A DNA stretch of 64,000 bases from an uncultured Bdellovibrionales bacterium (GTDB lineage Bacteria; Patescibacteriota; Minisyncoccia; Moranbacterales; UBA1568), in assembly GCA_964597355.1 (NCBI GenBank), contig CAZQWS010000003.1:15301-79300 (forward strand), given 5' to 3'. The translations under genes were made by a program, and so were the position numbers. Shown one piece after another: positions 18,828 through 28,597 of the stretch. Position 1 is the first letter of the stretch. The number at the start of each line of letters is the position of its first letter. Under the pieces are notes generated by a model. The model searched no databases. It worked only from the letters and a program-made list of their open reading frames with translations, and was not told the DNA's origin.

Positions 18828-19970
18828 CTACCCTGTCAGCTTCCCCCATAAGTCAAAACGCAAGACATCGTAAAAAGTAACCCAAAGCATCAGGAAAAGT
18901 AGCACCAAAAATCCAATTTGATGCATATACCCCTCCACTTTCTGCGACACCGGCGAACCTTTGAGCTTCTCGATCAAGACAAAGAGAATACGCCCACCAT
19001 CGAGAGCTGGGATAGGCAGCGCGTTGATAATACCGAGATTGATCGAAAGAATCGCCGCAAAGTACAAGAGATATACTAATCCAAGCTCCGTCATTTGTTT
19101 GGTGAGATAGACAATACCCACTGGTCCAGCGATATCCACGTTGGTTTTCTCGCCCGTGAAAAGACTCCCGATCATCGTGACCAAGACCATCAGTATCTCC
19201 ATGGTTTTGAGATACGTCTGTTGGAGCCCTCTCCAAATAGCCTCAAAGAATCCGTATTTGACGATAGCCGTTTCCGAAAAGCTAATCCCGAGCGCCCCCT
19301 CACCAGCTGGAGCATTCATCCGAGGAGTACCCTTGAGCACCAGGGTTTTCTCTCCCCGTTCAACTGTAATCGCGATTTCCTTGCCCTTGTGGCTCGCAAT
19401 GTACTCCGTCACGATATCAAGATTCTTGACTGGGGCAGTATCAAGTTTTTTCAAAACATCCCCCGCCAACAGTCCCACTTCCTCCGCTGGTGTACCAGGC
19501 TGTACCTGGAGAATTTGTACTTTCGTTATATGGTACTTGGCTCGGTCCTCGGGATCAATCTGCTCTGGAAAACCAAGCATGAGAACAACCGCAAAAAGCA
19601 CCCAAGCCAAAAGGAAGTTCATCATCACTCCAGCCACGAGCACTTTGAAACGAACCCAGGCACTTTTCCCAGCAAAACTATCTGGCTCATGAACACTCTG
19701 TCGATCCTCCCCTTTGATCCGCACAAACCCCCCTAAAGGAATCCAGTTGAGGGAGTAGACTGTATGGGGACTATCTACATTTTCATTCCCCTTTACCAAA
19801 CGAAACTTCTTGGTGAAGTCATCAAACACAAAGCCAAAAATGCGTGGTGGGAAACCAAAACCAAACTCTTCGGCGGTGATACCATTGCGCCGAGCTGTGA
19901 GGAAATGCCCGAGTTCATGTACAAAAATAAGGATTCCAAGAACAAGAACGAAAATAAGGATAGTGAGCAT
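18828..19970 (-). CDS. rseP: RIP site-2 metalloprotease RseP
   Basis: 'HELGHFLTA' HExxH in the first TM, an internal PDZ-like region and a C-terminal 'LPIPALDGG' motif. Confidence 0.75.
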   Translation of the reverse strand: MLTILIFVLVLGILIFVHELGHFLTARRNGITAEEFGFGFPPRIFGFVFDDFTKKFRLVKGNENVDSPHTVYSLNWIPLGGFVRIKGEDRQSVHEPDSFAGKSAWVRFKVLVAGVMMNFLLAWVLFAVVLMLGFPEQIDPEDRAKYHITKVQILQVQPGTPAEEVGLLAGDVLKKLDTAPVKNLDIVTEYIASHKGKEIAITVERGEKTLVLKGTPRMNAPAGEGALGISFSETAIVKYGFFEAIWRGLQQTYLKTMEILMVLVTMIGSLFTGEKTNVDIAGPVGIVYLTKQMTELGLVYLLYFAAILSINLGIINALPIPALDGGRILFVLIEKLKGSPVSQKVEGYMHQIGFLVLLFLMLWVTFYDVLRFDLWGKLTG

Positions 19971-19974
19971 AAGT

Positions 19975-20532
19975 TTAAACCGTCATAATTTCTTTCTCTT
20001 TCTTCTCTCGAAGCATTTCTAGCTTTTGATTATACCCATCCACTACTTTCTGAAGATCGTCTTTGCCACGAAATTTGTCATCCTCACTAATGAGTCCTTT
20101 CTTCTCGACTTCCTGGATGTCTTTCCAGATGTCTTCACGCACCGAGCGAATCGCGATCTTCCCTTCTTCGGCTTTAGTATTCAAAACTTTGACTAATTCT
20201 TTACGACGTTCTTCAGTAAGAGCTGGCAACGTAATTCGAATGCCAATCCCATCATTCATAGGATTGAGGCCAAGATCTGACTCGCGGACAGCGGTTTCAA
20301 TACTAGCAAGAGTTCCCTTGTCCCAGGGGGAAATGAGAATCTGCCGTGGTTCTGGCACCGTCACGCTCGCCATCTGCTTCACGGGTGTCTGTGTGCCATA
20401 GTAGTCCACCAAGAGCCCCTCAACAAGCCCGGGATGAGCCCGTCCCGTACGAAGCTTGGTTAGTTCTCCTTCAAAGTGAGCGATAGCCTTTTCAAAACCA
20501 TCTTTTTTAGCATCAATCATGTCTTTCGTCAT
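19975..20532 (-). CDS. frr: ribosome recycling factor
   Basis: 185 aa with 'ISPWDKG...IRITLPALTEERRKELVK' typical of RRF. Confidence 0.85.
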   Translation of the reverse strand: MTKDMIDAKKDGFEKAIAHFEGELTKLRTGRAHPGLVEGLLVDYYGTQTPVKQMASVTVPEPRQILISPWDKGTLASIETAVRESDLGLNPMNDGIGIRITLPALTEERRKELVKVLNTKAEEGKIAIRSVREDIWKDIQEVEKKGLISEDDKFRGKDDLQKVVDGYNQKLEMLREKKEKEIMTV

Positions 20533-20555
20533 ATGTAGTAGGTAGGAGATAAAAA

Positions 20556-21686
20556 TTATTTGAATTTACGCAGCCCGAGATACAGTGTACCTGAATCGAA
20601 AGGATCATAAGCCACAACTGAGATGTCACGATCTACATTGAGCGGCACCACAGACCAAGTATCTCCGCTATTAGTTGATTTATAAAACGTACGTCCTGAA
20701 GCAAACACGATCTCACTCGAATTCTTTGGGTTTACAGCAAAGGCTCGAATAGGAAATTTCTCAGCACTTTCGATAATATTGAGTTTCTGCCAAGTAGCGC
20801 CAGCGTCAACGCTCCGAAAGATACCTGTCGCCTTGGTGCCAAGGTAGAGTGTCCCTGAAACCAAAGGATCAGCGATGAGCGCCACCATTCCACTCGGCGT
20901 CACTACAGAAACCCCTGTCCCTGTTTGTGATGTGATTGGGTCATTCCAAATAAGGCCATTGTCATCAGAACGGTAAACTTTCTTCTCGAAAGCAAGCGCG
21001 TAGAGACGATTCTGATCGGCAGCATCGAAAGCAATTTCAGTGATAGGGCCATTGATACTCGTACCGATATTCTTCCAAGTCTCTCCTCCATCCATACTAC
21101 GTACTACCGTACCCGTACTTGTCCCAGCGAAAATAGTCTCTGGTGAACGAGGCGCTTGGGCAAGGGAAGTAATCACTGTGCCAGTCCCTGGCTCCGTATA
21201 AACGTCCACCCAGGTATTACCGCCATCCTTGGTTCGGAAAATTTTGGCCCGATTGGCCACGACACCAGTCGCGAACATGCGCTCAGGATTCACCGAGTCG
21301 GCTGTAAATCGATAAACTTTCTGGGGAGGGAATTCGCGTGGCTCCCAGAGTTCTCCCGCGTCACTACTCTTGAAAATACCACTATCTACTGTCGCTACGA
21401 AAATACTTGGGGCCCGAGAAGGATTAGGATCCCCTTGCGGATCCCGCGTAACAAAGGAAATGTCCAAAACCTCGGCGGACGTAATTCTCCGTTTTTCATC
21501 TACGGTAACCTTGGGCTCAAAAGTCTTGCCACCGTCAGTCGAACGCCATATTGATCCCGGTAAAGCATTAGCCTGAAAAGCATTCGAACCGCCCGTCCCT
21601 CCACTACCTATTCTTGGAGGGGTTAGACTGCAGCCAGAAAGCACCAAAACTGATAGGAGTAATCCTCCAAGTGAGAGTTTTTGCAT
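20556..21686 (-). CDS. lipoprotein with BNR/Asp-box (S-x-D-G-G-x-T-W) beta-propeller repeats (Ycf48/sialidase-like fold)
   Basis: Lipobox 'LVLSGCS'. Repeated 'RSTDGGKTF', 'RTKDGGNTW', 'RSMDGGETW', 'RSVDAGATW', 'KSTNSGDTW'. Confidence 0.5.
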   Translation of the reverse strand: MQKLSLGGLLLSVLVLSGCSLTPPRIGSGGTGGSNAFQANALPGSIWRSTDGGKTFEPKVTVDEKRRITSAEVLDISFVTRDPQGDPNPSRAPSIFVATVDSGIFKSSDAGELWEPREFPPQKVYRFTADSVNPERMFATGVVANRAKIFRTKDGGNTWVDVYTEPGTGTVITSLAQAPRSPETIFAGTSTGTVVRSMDGGETWKNIGTSINGPITEIAFDAADQNRLYALAFEKKVYRSDDNGLIWNDPITSQTGTGVSVVTPSGMVALIADPLVSGTLYLGTKATGIFRSVDAGATWQKLNIIESAEKFPIRAFAVNPKNSSEIVFASGRTFYKSTNSGDTWSVVPLNVDRDISVVAYDPFDSGTLYLGLRKFK

Positions 21687-21766
21687 AGTTTTCCTTTGTC
21701 CCTAGTATAGCATGAGAGTCTTAGGGTAAAAAACAGAAAAACTTCTCGTTTGAATTTTTTCATTTT

Positions 21767-21839
21767 GTGGGTGCGGGGGGAATCGAACCCTCGACCGTTG
21801 GCTTAAAAGGCCACTGCTCTACCGACTGAGCTACGCACC
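21767..21839 (-). tRNA. tRNA-Lys (anticodon UUU)
   Basis: Reverse-complement folds as GGGTGCG/CGCACCC acceptor, D-arm GCTC-AGTCGGTA-GAGC, anticodon loop CTTTTAA, T-loop TTCGATT. No encoded CCA. Confidence 0.75.
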
Positions 21840-21912
21840 CATAGAACACAACATATAACCTACAACAAAATAAGGAAGGCGACAAGCCTTGAAGGTTTAT
21901 CGCTTCCTGTCC

Positions 21913-23226
21913 CTATTTTTTCCAAATTTTGTCCTTGCCAACAAACGACCGCAAAACCTCCGGTATCACTACGCTACCATCTTCCTGTTGGTAGTTCTCA
22001 AGGATAGCAATGAGCGTGCGACCAATAGCAAAGGCCGTGCCATCATTCATGTGAACCATCTCCAGTCGGCCATCGATTCGTTTCACTTTGGTATTGAGCC
22101 GACGAGCCTGATAATCAGTCATGAGGTCAGCAGTATGGGTTTCTCGGTATTTATTCTGTCCAGGAATCCAGGCTTCGATATCAACTGCTCGAGCATTGGG
22201 CGTACCCATATCACCCGTACACTTGAGCACTACTTGGTACGGAATACCGAGAGAGCGCATCAAGTATTCTTGAATAGCGGTAAAGAAATCATGTTCGGAA
22301 CGGGAACGTTCAGAAACTTCAAATGATTCCATCTCAAGCTTTTCAAATTGATGCAGACGCAGGATACCCTTCATATCTTTGCCGTAGGAACCCGCTTCTC
22401 GGCGGAAAGCTGAAGAAAAACCAATGTACCGGATTGGAAGTTCTGACTCATCAAGCGTTTCATCCATGTACATCGAACCGATCGAGTGTTCGGCGCTCCC
22501 CACCAAGTATAAATCATCGCCCGGAACAGCGTAGCGCTCTTCTTTTGGCTCGAGCCGGGCCATCCGTGAGAGTGTCTCAGTTTTTACCAAGACTGGCGGG
22601 ACAATCGGGACAAAGGGTTTATCAGAAACCGTGAGTCCAGCTTCACTGGCAATTGTGCGAAGCGTTTCCGTATTGGTCAGTACCGAGAAAACATACTGAA
22701 TCAAGGCAAACTGAAGCAAGGCCGCATCGCCTTTAAGGTATGCAAAACGACTCCCGCTAATTTTTACGGCTCGTTCGGTATCGATGATGTCGAGCGCCGC
22801 CCCCAATTCCCAATGTTCCTTGGGCTGAAAGGCAAACTGAGGGATATCGCCGACTGTTCGTAAAACTTTGTTTTCACTTTCATCTTTACCAATAGGAGTA
22901 TCATCACTCGGTACATTGGGCACCTCAGCCATCAATTCATCGTACTTAGCCTGAGCAGCAGCGAGCAATGGTTCCTTCTCCTCAAGTTTCGCTTTAATCT
23001 CCTTCCCCTTAGCAATCACCTCAGTGCGTTCCTCAGGGGTTTTGGCCTGGTGGATGAGATCGTTAATATCGTTTTTGAGCGACTGCAATTCCTCTACCTC
23101 ACGAAGGAGAGATCGACGGTCCTGATCAGCTGCCAAGAGTGCATCCACGTCCAAAGTAAGCCTCTTATTGAGCACGGCTTGCCTGATAGTTTCAACATGG
23201 TCGCGGATGTACTGGATATCGAGCAT
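21913..23226 (-). CDS. serS: serine--tRNA ligase
   Basis: N-terminal coiled-coil 'MLDIQYIRDHVETIRQAVLNKR' and class-II core motifs ('FRREAGSYGKDMKGILRLHQF'). Confidence 0.85.
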   Translation of the reverse strand: MLDIQYIRDHVETIRQAVLNKRLTLDVDALLAADQDRRSLLREVEELQSLKNDINDLIHQAKTPEERTEVIAKGKEIKAKLEEKEPLLAAAQAKYDELMAEVPNVPSDDTPIGKDESENKVLRTVGDIPQFAFQPKEHWELGAALDIIDTERAVKISGSRFAYLKGDAALLQFALIQYVFSVLTNTETLRTIASEAGLTVSDKPFVPIVPPVLVKTETLSRMARLEPKEERYAVPGDDLYLVGSAEHSIGSMYMDETLDESELPIRYIGFSSAFRREAGSYGKDMKGILRLHQFEKLEMESFEVSERSRSEHDFFTAIQEYLMRSLGIPYQVVLKCTGDMGTPNARAVDIEAWIPGQNKYRETHTADLMTDYQARRLNTKVKRIDGRLEMVHMNDGTAFAIGRTLIAILENYQQEDGSVVIPEVLRSFVGKDKIWKK

Positions 23227-23808
23227 AGGAAAACAGGTTTTAGGTAATAGGTTTTAGCGTGGAGAAAAGAAAAACATGACATGTATAGCATACGGAATTC
23301 CCCTATAAAAAGCAAAGCCCCGTCCATGCATTGCACGGTTAGGGTTTCGAAAGAGCACTAAAGTTCTCATGCTTGAGGTCGAAGAAGCCCCATGGTTCAT
23401 GACCCCGACTAGAACCGATCCAGTCTAAGCTGCGGTTCAGGCTGTTGTTCCAAAGAAAGTCGTTGGGGAAGTGCCATGACAGACCTCCTCTATAGCTGCG
23501 GGTTGATGATCGGGATTGAAGATTCTTACAAGAATCTTTTATTGTTAAAGAGAGTCTTCTCTCTATGTCACAATAACCTCCTCCCCGAATTGCCCTACGG
23601 TTGTCCGGGGGTTCCTTGTGTGTCATGAGGATCCTTGTTTTCTTGAGGGTGGGAGGTAAAAGAGACGACTCGTCTGGGGCTGCTCTTGTTTTCCTTGGTA
23701 AGCGATATAGCGTTTGATTTGATCTTCATTCAGTCCAATGCTTGAGACGAAGTATCCGACACTCCAGATGCTGTCTTTCTCAAGGTACATGTGCCCAACA
23801 GGAAGAAT

Positions 23809-25908
23809 TTAGAGACCAGGCTCTTCAATACGCAGGCCAACATTCGATATTGCTGAAGGTGTCTTAGAAACAATACGTTTTACCAATTTAAATGTGTTTG
23901 CGTCGTATACTTCAACCTCATTTGCTGACTGTGATACCACGTAGACAAATTTCCCATCATAGGTAAATTCTGGATGCCATGAGCTCTCACCTTTAACTGG
24001 GATAATTGTTTCAACTATTTCGTTCACACGCGCATCGATAACATAGATCTCATCTTTATGGTCACCGAACGCTGTGTCAGCCCACACATACGGGTATGAA
24101 GGGTCTTTGCTATAACTCCGCACAAAGAGTCCTGGTCCTCCTGTTTTAATATATTTTACCGGCTTCCAAGTTATTGTATCGATAACAGTTATAAGACCTT
24201 CACCAAGTGCCGGCACATAGATATAATTCCCCCATGCAGCGCCGGGGCCAGTATGTGGCGTCTCTCCAGTCTCAATCTCAGCAACTGACTTCATCGTAGC
24301 AAGGTCAAGAACCCAGGCGGTTTTTGATCCCTGTGAAGCAACAACATAATACTCTCCACCAGGAGTAAGGAATGCGTCGTGAAGCGCAGGGACATTTCCG
24401 CCGATATCCGAAAATTTATGCGTAACTGGAAAGTCAGGTTTGTCCGTATCTATAGCCCATACACTCATTGTATCCTTAAGAGCCACAATAATACGATTAC
24501 CATCTTCAACAACCGCTCCTGCTCTTGATTCGACCATTTCTCCATTCACCTCCATCGTAAGCGATATTGTTTTCTGTATTTCCATGGTGACAGCATCAAG
24601 AATCACCAGATTACCAGGCGCGTAGTTTCCGACTGCAACGTATTTTCCATTGTCAGTGATGGCAGTACCACGCGAGTTTTCTCCGACATTTATACTTTTT
24701 ACTGGCTGAAGTGTTTTGAGATCGATTTTTGTAAGCCATCCATCACGAGAAATGATAAACATATGCGCAGCCTCAGGCGAGAAAACAGAGGTATGGGGCT
24801 GGAAGCCAACATCATGAATGCGCCCAATGATCTCGTGAGTCAATCCATCAATAACCAAAAGTTTCTCATCATCCTTCTCAACAACAATCATGAGATTCTG
24901 TGGATTCCATGAATTTTCTTTCGCATAAAGTTCACGGTATGGCTTCAATTCTGTATTTTTTTGAAATGGAATATCCACATTCGTAACTCCAGTTCCATTT
25001 CCAAGATCACCGATATAATACTTCATCATCTTATCGCGTATCCCATCACCATGATTCTTGTGATAGTTAGCGCTAACATCTGTGCCACATTTGAACATCG
25101 CTGGATGCAATCTTGATGATTCAGTAGCATTGAATACTTTTCCGTCAATAATAAGCCAACAATCTTCCGAATTATTATGAAGAGTGACATCATCAACTGT
25201 ATATTTTACACCGGAAGCTTTCTGAACTATTTCCTTTCCGATAATCGCTGGGTTAACTACCCGATCAGCATCAAAAAACCACGCAGCGCTAAAACCTATA
25301 CCAAATATAAATGCCGCAAACAAAGAGCGCTTCAATATCATTGCATCGTTCGATCGAACAAATCTATGATGGACGATCCACGTAATGAGTACGCCGACAA
25401 CGAGCGTCATCGCGTAGAGTGCCATGAATGCAAAATAGCCAATGTCAGTCCTGTAAATCACGTGGTGAAACATGAGAAACACCCAGGAAACTACAGACAG
25501 CACGCCACTCTCAAGAAGAAAAGCGTCGAGTGCGATACCTCCATTATGCATATTCCGAACACGTGGCAGGTGCCGAAAACTGAATACAAATTCATTCGTG
25601 ACGAGAATCACCGCGACAGTCATGCTGGCGTAGAAAATACCCAGAGTCAACATCGACTCATACGCCAGCGTAAAAAGTCCAATGCCACTCATACTGTATA
25701 AAAGTAGCGCAGCCCACACCACCCTGCGTGACAACTTCAATAATGAAAATTCGTCTTTTGAGATCATCCCATCTCGTGCAGCAAAAAGAAACAAGGCATG
25801 ACTAAGTATAGCTGCCCCAAGGCCAAGTCCGAGAGCAATCGAGAAAATAAACAAATACGCAGTGTGCAGTCCAATATATGAAAAAAATTCCATTGCTTGA
25901 TTATACAT
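23809..25908 (-). CDS. fusion protein: N-terminal polytopic membrane domain, cytochrome b5-like heme/steroid-binding domain, C-terminal YVTN-type beta-propeller
   Basis: About 6 TM helices (residues 1-210). 'YTVDDVTLHNNSEDCWLIIDGKVFNATESSRLHPAMFKCGTD' is b5-like. The propeller repeats include 'GKYVAVGNYAPGNLVILDA' and 'GEYYVVASQGSKTAWVLDL'. Confidence 0.5.
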   Translation of the reverse strand: MYNQAMEFFSYIGLHTAYLFIFSIALGLGLGAAILSHALFLFAARDGMISKDEFSLLKLSRRVVWAALLLYSMSGIGLFTLAYESMLTLGIFYASMTVAVILVTNEFVFSFRHLPRVRNMHNGGIALDAFLLESGVLSVVSWVFLMFHHVIYRTDIGYFAFMALYAMTLVVGVLITWIVHHRFVRSNDAMILKRSLFAAFIFGIGFSAAWFFDADRVVNPAIIGKEIVQKASGVKYTVDDVTLHNNSEDCWLIIDGKVFNATESSRLHPAMFKCGTDVSANYHKNHGDGIRDKMMKYYIGDLGNGTGVTNVDIPFQKNTELKPYRELYAKENSWNPQNLMIVVEKDDEKLLVIDGLTHEIIGRIHDVGFQPHTSVFSPEAAHMFIISRDGWLTKIDLKTLQPVKSINVGENSRGTAITDNGKYVAVGNYAPGNLVILDAVTMEIQKTISLTMEVNGEMVESRAGAVVEDGNRIIVALKDTMSVWAIDTDKPDFPVTHKFSDIGGNVPALHDAFLTPGGEYYVVASQGSKTAWVLDLATMKSVAEIETGETPHTGPGAAWGNYIYVPALGEGLITVIDTITWKPVKYIKTGGPGLFVRSYSKDPSYPYVWADTAFGDHKDEIYVIDARVNEIVETIIPVKGESSWHPEFTYDGKFVYVVSQSANEVEVYDANTFKLVKRIVSKTPSAISNVGLRIEEPGL

Positions 25909-26069
25909 AGAAATATCTCTAGATGGAAATAGTGACCAATATCTCTCCTTGTCGAACTATCCAAGCAAAACTTATAATGTCAGATCTTGTACGTGTCACA
26001 GTATGGATCCGAACAGAAAAATTGGCTATACGAAAAGATAAATGAGCAGTCATTGCAGTTGCTCACCGT

Positions 26070-26262
26070 CTAGCTATCAAAAACTGGCAAGAGTGGTTGT
26101 ACTTGCCTGGCCGTCCGAAGCTTTCCTAAGCGAAGGAGGCTACTCAGGGACCTTTTTCACCCTGTTACACCTGTGGACAATGGTGGATTCCCCACCCGTA
26201 CCGAACGGTACGTTCGGGCGGGGAACTACCGACCCCAGCAATGCTTACCCGTTAGACCATTG
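26070..26262 (-). ncRNA. candidate structured non-coding RNA / 3' trailer co-transcribed with tRNA-Val, ending in an intrinsic terminator
   Basis: No coding potential. Minus-sense ...GGCAAGTACAACCACTCTTGCCAGTTTTTG is a stem plus T-run at about 26075-26110. Upstream are several perfect hairpins (GGTGG-GGAAT-CCACC; overlapping palindromes CCGAACGGTACGTTCGG / GTACCGAACGGTAC). Family unassigned. Confidence 0.2.
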
Positions 26263-26337
26263 TGGTCGCACCTGGACTCGAACCAGGGACCTTTCGAATG
26301 TGAATCGAACGTTCTAACCAACTGAACTATGCGACCA
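26263..26337 (-). tRNA. tRNA-Val (anticodon CAC)
   Basis: Reverse-complement is GGTCGCATAGTTCAGTTGGTTAGAACGTTCGATTCACATTCGAAAGGTCCCTGGTTCGAGTCCAGGTGCGACCA. Canonical cloverleaf with anticodon loop TTCACAT. Confidence 0.8.
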
Positions 26338-26448
26338 AGTAAACACTATCATGGTTAGTCTAACGGAGTGAAAATGCTGCTGCTCCCCGTCCACAACACT
26401 GTCGCGTAGCATTGCGAGCAGGTATGCGACCAGCTTTCTTGTTGTACC

Positions 26449-27921
26449 TTATTTTTCTTCCTTCGGCAAACTTTTGACCGGTGGGAAGATAACCGTTTCA
26501 CGGATGGAACGATTCATGAGAATAGCGAAGAAGCGTTCACTCATACCAAAACCAAACGCTGGTGGCATCCCGTATTCCAGCGCTTCAAGAAAATCTTCAT
26601 CAATCATCTGAGCTTCATTGTCCCCTGCTTCACGAAGTTTCATCTGAGCTTCAAATCGTGTTCTTTGATCGATAGGATCATTGAGCTCAGCAAAGCCGTT
26701 CCCGAGCTCGCTTTTCCCAGCGATAGGCTGCATCCGGAGCGTCCGACGAGGATTCTCAGGATCAAGCTTGGCAAGAGGTGAAACTTCTACCGGATGACCC
26801 ACGAGAATGCAAGGTTGGATGAGTTTTTGGCGGACTGTTTTTTTGTAAATGGTATCGATAAGGCGCCCCTTGCCAGCAGTTGAGTCATATTTAATCCCCA
26901 GCTCATCAGCTTGAGCCTGAAGCATCTCTACACTCACTTCATCAGAAAGATCGATACCAGTTTCTCGTTTGAACTCTGTAAAATAATCAATTCTGGGAAA
27001 CGGCTTACTCCAATCAATTTCCTCTCCATCAAAAGCGCTCTTCTCTGATTCCCCGATCACACTCCGAACAATTTGCCGATAGAGATCCTCTACCATGGCA
27101 CAACCCGTTTCAAAATCGGTATAAGCGCTATAGAATTCCATGTGATCAAACTCCTGGAGATGTTCTCGGTCAATACCTTCATTACGAAAGACTCGGCCAA
27201 TTTCAAACACGCGTTCATATCCACCAACAAGCAGTCGTTTCAAGGGAAGCTCGAGAGAGATACGCAGATAAAAATCCTGATCCAAAGCATTATGATGGGT
27301 AATAAACGGTTCCGCTTCCGCTCCGCCAGGAGTGTGTTCAAGTACCGGGGTCTGCACTTCCAAGAAATCTTTGCCCGCCAAAAACTGACGGGTGGTCTGC
27401 CAAAAAATATTTTTCTTCTTGAAGAGTGCGCGAGTTTCTGGATTCATAACGAGATCCAAATAACGTTTGCGGAGAAGCTGTTCCTCATCTTTCAAGCCAT
27501 AGAATTCAGCCGGAAGCGGCAAGAGTGATTTCGAAAGGATATTCCATTGTTCTACCCGAACACTTTTTTCATTTTGTTTAGTGAGAAAGACCGTCCCAGT
27601 AATGGAAACAAAGTCGCCCATTTCGACGGTATCTTTAAACAAGCGGAAGTTATCTTCTCCCAAAGTTTCGAGAGAAAGAAATCCCTGGAGTTTGGCAGTA
27701 CCGTCTTCAATATGAGTAAAGGCAATTTTGCCCATCACACGAAGCGAGCGGACTCGACCCACCACTGAAACTTTTTCCTCATCTTTAACCAGGGTATCAA
27801 AATCCCGAAGGACGATTTCATTCGTATGGCTTCGTGGAGTTTTTTCAGGGTACGCTGAACCAAACTGTTCTGTCAGTTTAGTAAGTTTCTCATGTTTGGT
27901 TTGCAAAATGTCTTCACGCAT
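26449..27921 (-). CDS. lysS: lysine--tRNA ligase (class II)
   Basis: OB-fold N-terminus plus class-II motifs ('FRNEGIDREHLQEFDHMEFY', 'GFGMSERF'). Confidence 0.85.
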   Translation of the reverse strand: MREDILQTKHEKLTKLTEQFGSAYPEKTPRSHTNEIVLRDFDTLVKDEEKVSVVGRVRSLRVMGKIAFTHIEDGTAKLQGFLSLETLGEDNFRLFKDTVEMGDFVSITGTVFLTKQNEKSVRVEQWNILSKSLLPLPAEFYGLKDEEQLLRKRYLDLVMNPETRALFKKKNIFWQTTRQFLAGKDFLEVQTPVLEHTPGGAEAEPFITHHNALDQDFYLRISLELPLKRLLVGGYERVFEIGRVFRNEGIDREHLQEFDHMEFYSAYTDFETGCAMVEDLYRQIVRSVIGESEKSAFDGEEIDWSKPFPRIDYFTEFKRETGIDLSDEVSVEMLQAQADELGIKYDSTAGKGRLIDTIYKKTVRQKLIQPCILVGHPVEVSPLAKLDPENPRRTLRMQPIAGKSELGNGFAELNDPIDQRTRFEAQMKLREAGDNEAQMIDEDFLEALEYGMPPAFGFGMSERFFAILMNRSIRETVIFPPVKSLPKEEK

Positions 27922-28013
27922 ATGACATTACTCTATCGGTTTTTTGGCTTATCGGCAAGCAAAACCCCGCCAAGGAGGCGGGGCATTGAAACGATCACAA
28001 TCAGTGCAACAGG

Positions 28014-28469
28014 CTACTTCACTGAGAGAATCTCGTACTTGATGGTGCCCGCGGGAGCAGCTACCGAAACCGTATCACCTTTGCTCTTGCCCATAAATTC
28101 CTTGCCAAGCGGTGACTCGCTCGAAATAAGTCCACGACTTGGATCCACCTCATTCGAACCAACGATTTCAAAACTCATTTCCTTGCCATGCAGTTTCACA
28201 GTGAGCTTGGAACCAACCTGGACGGTTGATGACTTTTTCACTGGTGCGGCTACGACAGATTCTTTGAGTTCGGCTTCGAGCTCTGCAATACGCATTTCGT
28301 TTTCATTCTGACGACGCTTGGCTTCACTGTATTCCGCGTTCTCAGAAAGATCGCCTTGCTCTTTGGCTTCTTTGATTGATTCCGCGATTTCCTGACGCAC
28401 AGTGCTCTTGCGCTCTTCAAGTTCGGCAATAAGTTTTTTCAAACCCTCTTCGGTAAAAACTTTGGACAT
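28014..28469 (-). CDS. greA: transcription elongation factor GreA
   Basis: 151 aa with an N-terminal coiled coil and a C-terminal FKBP-like domain ('GLISSESPLGKEFMGKSKGDTVSV'). Confidence 0.8.
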   Translation of the reverse strand: MSKVFTEEGLKKLIAELEERKSTVRQEIAESIKEAKEQGDLSENAEYSEAKRRQNENEMRIAELEAELKESVVAAPVKKSSTVQVGSKLTVKLHGKEMSFEIVGSNEVDPSRGLISSESPLGKEFMGKSKGDTVSVAAPAGTIKYEILSVK

Positions 28470-28597
28470 GGGACGGGTATTAACAATTTACGAGTATTGT
28501 GTTTTTGAATACAGTTCGAGACACGATGCCACCCATCATACAAGCCTGCCAAAAGAGTGTCAACCCCACACAAGTTTTGGCTCTACCATGGGATTTA

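Noticed and set aside
23340-23400. tmRNA-like 5' motif (minus-sense GGGGCTTCTTCGAC)
   Set aside because: A tmRNA of normal length starting here would run into the serS coding sequence. No tRNA-like 3' end is found, so it is most likely chance similarity.
26070-26262. Assignment of the tRNA-Val-downstream RNA as SRP RNA or RNase P RNA
   Set aside because: GGGTGAAA / GGAAAGC-like fragments occur, but in the wrong order and spacing for RNase P. No SRP domain-IV consensus. Left as unassigned ncRNA.
26042-26317. 91-aa plus-strand ORF
   Set aside because: Runs straight through tRNA-Val and the structured RNA region. No coding support.
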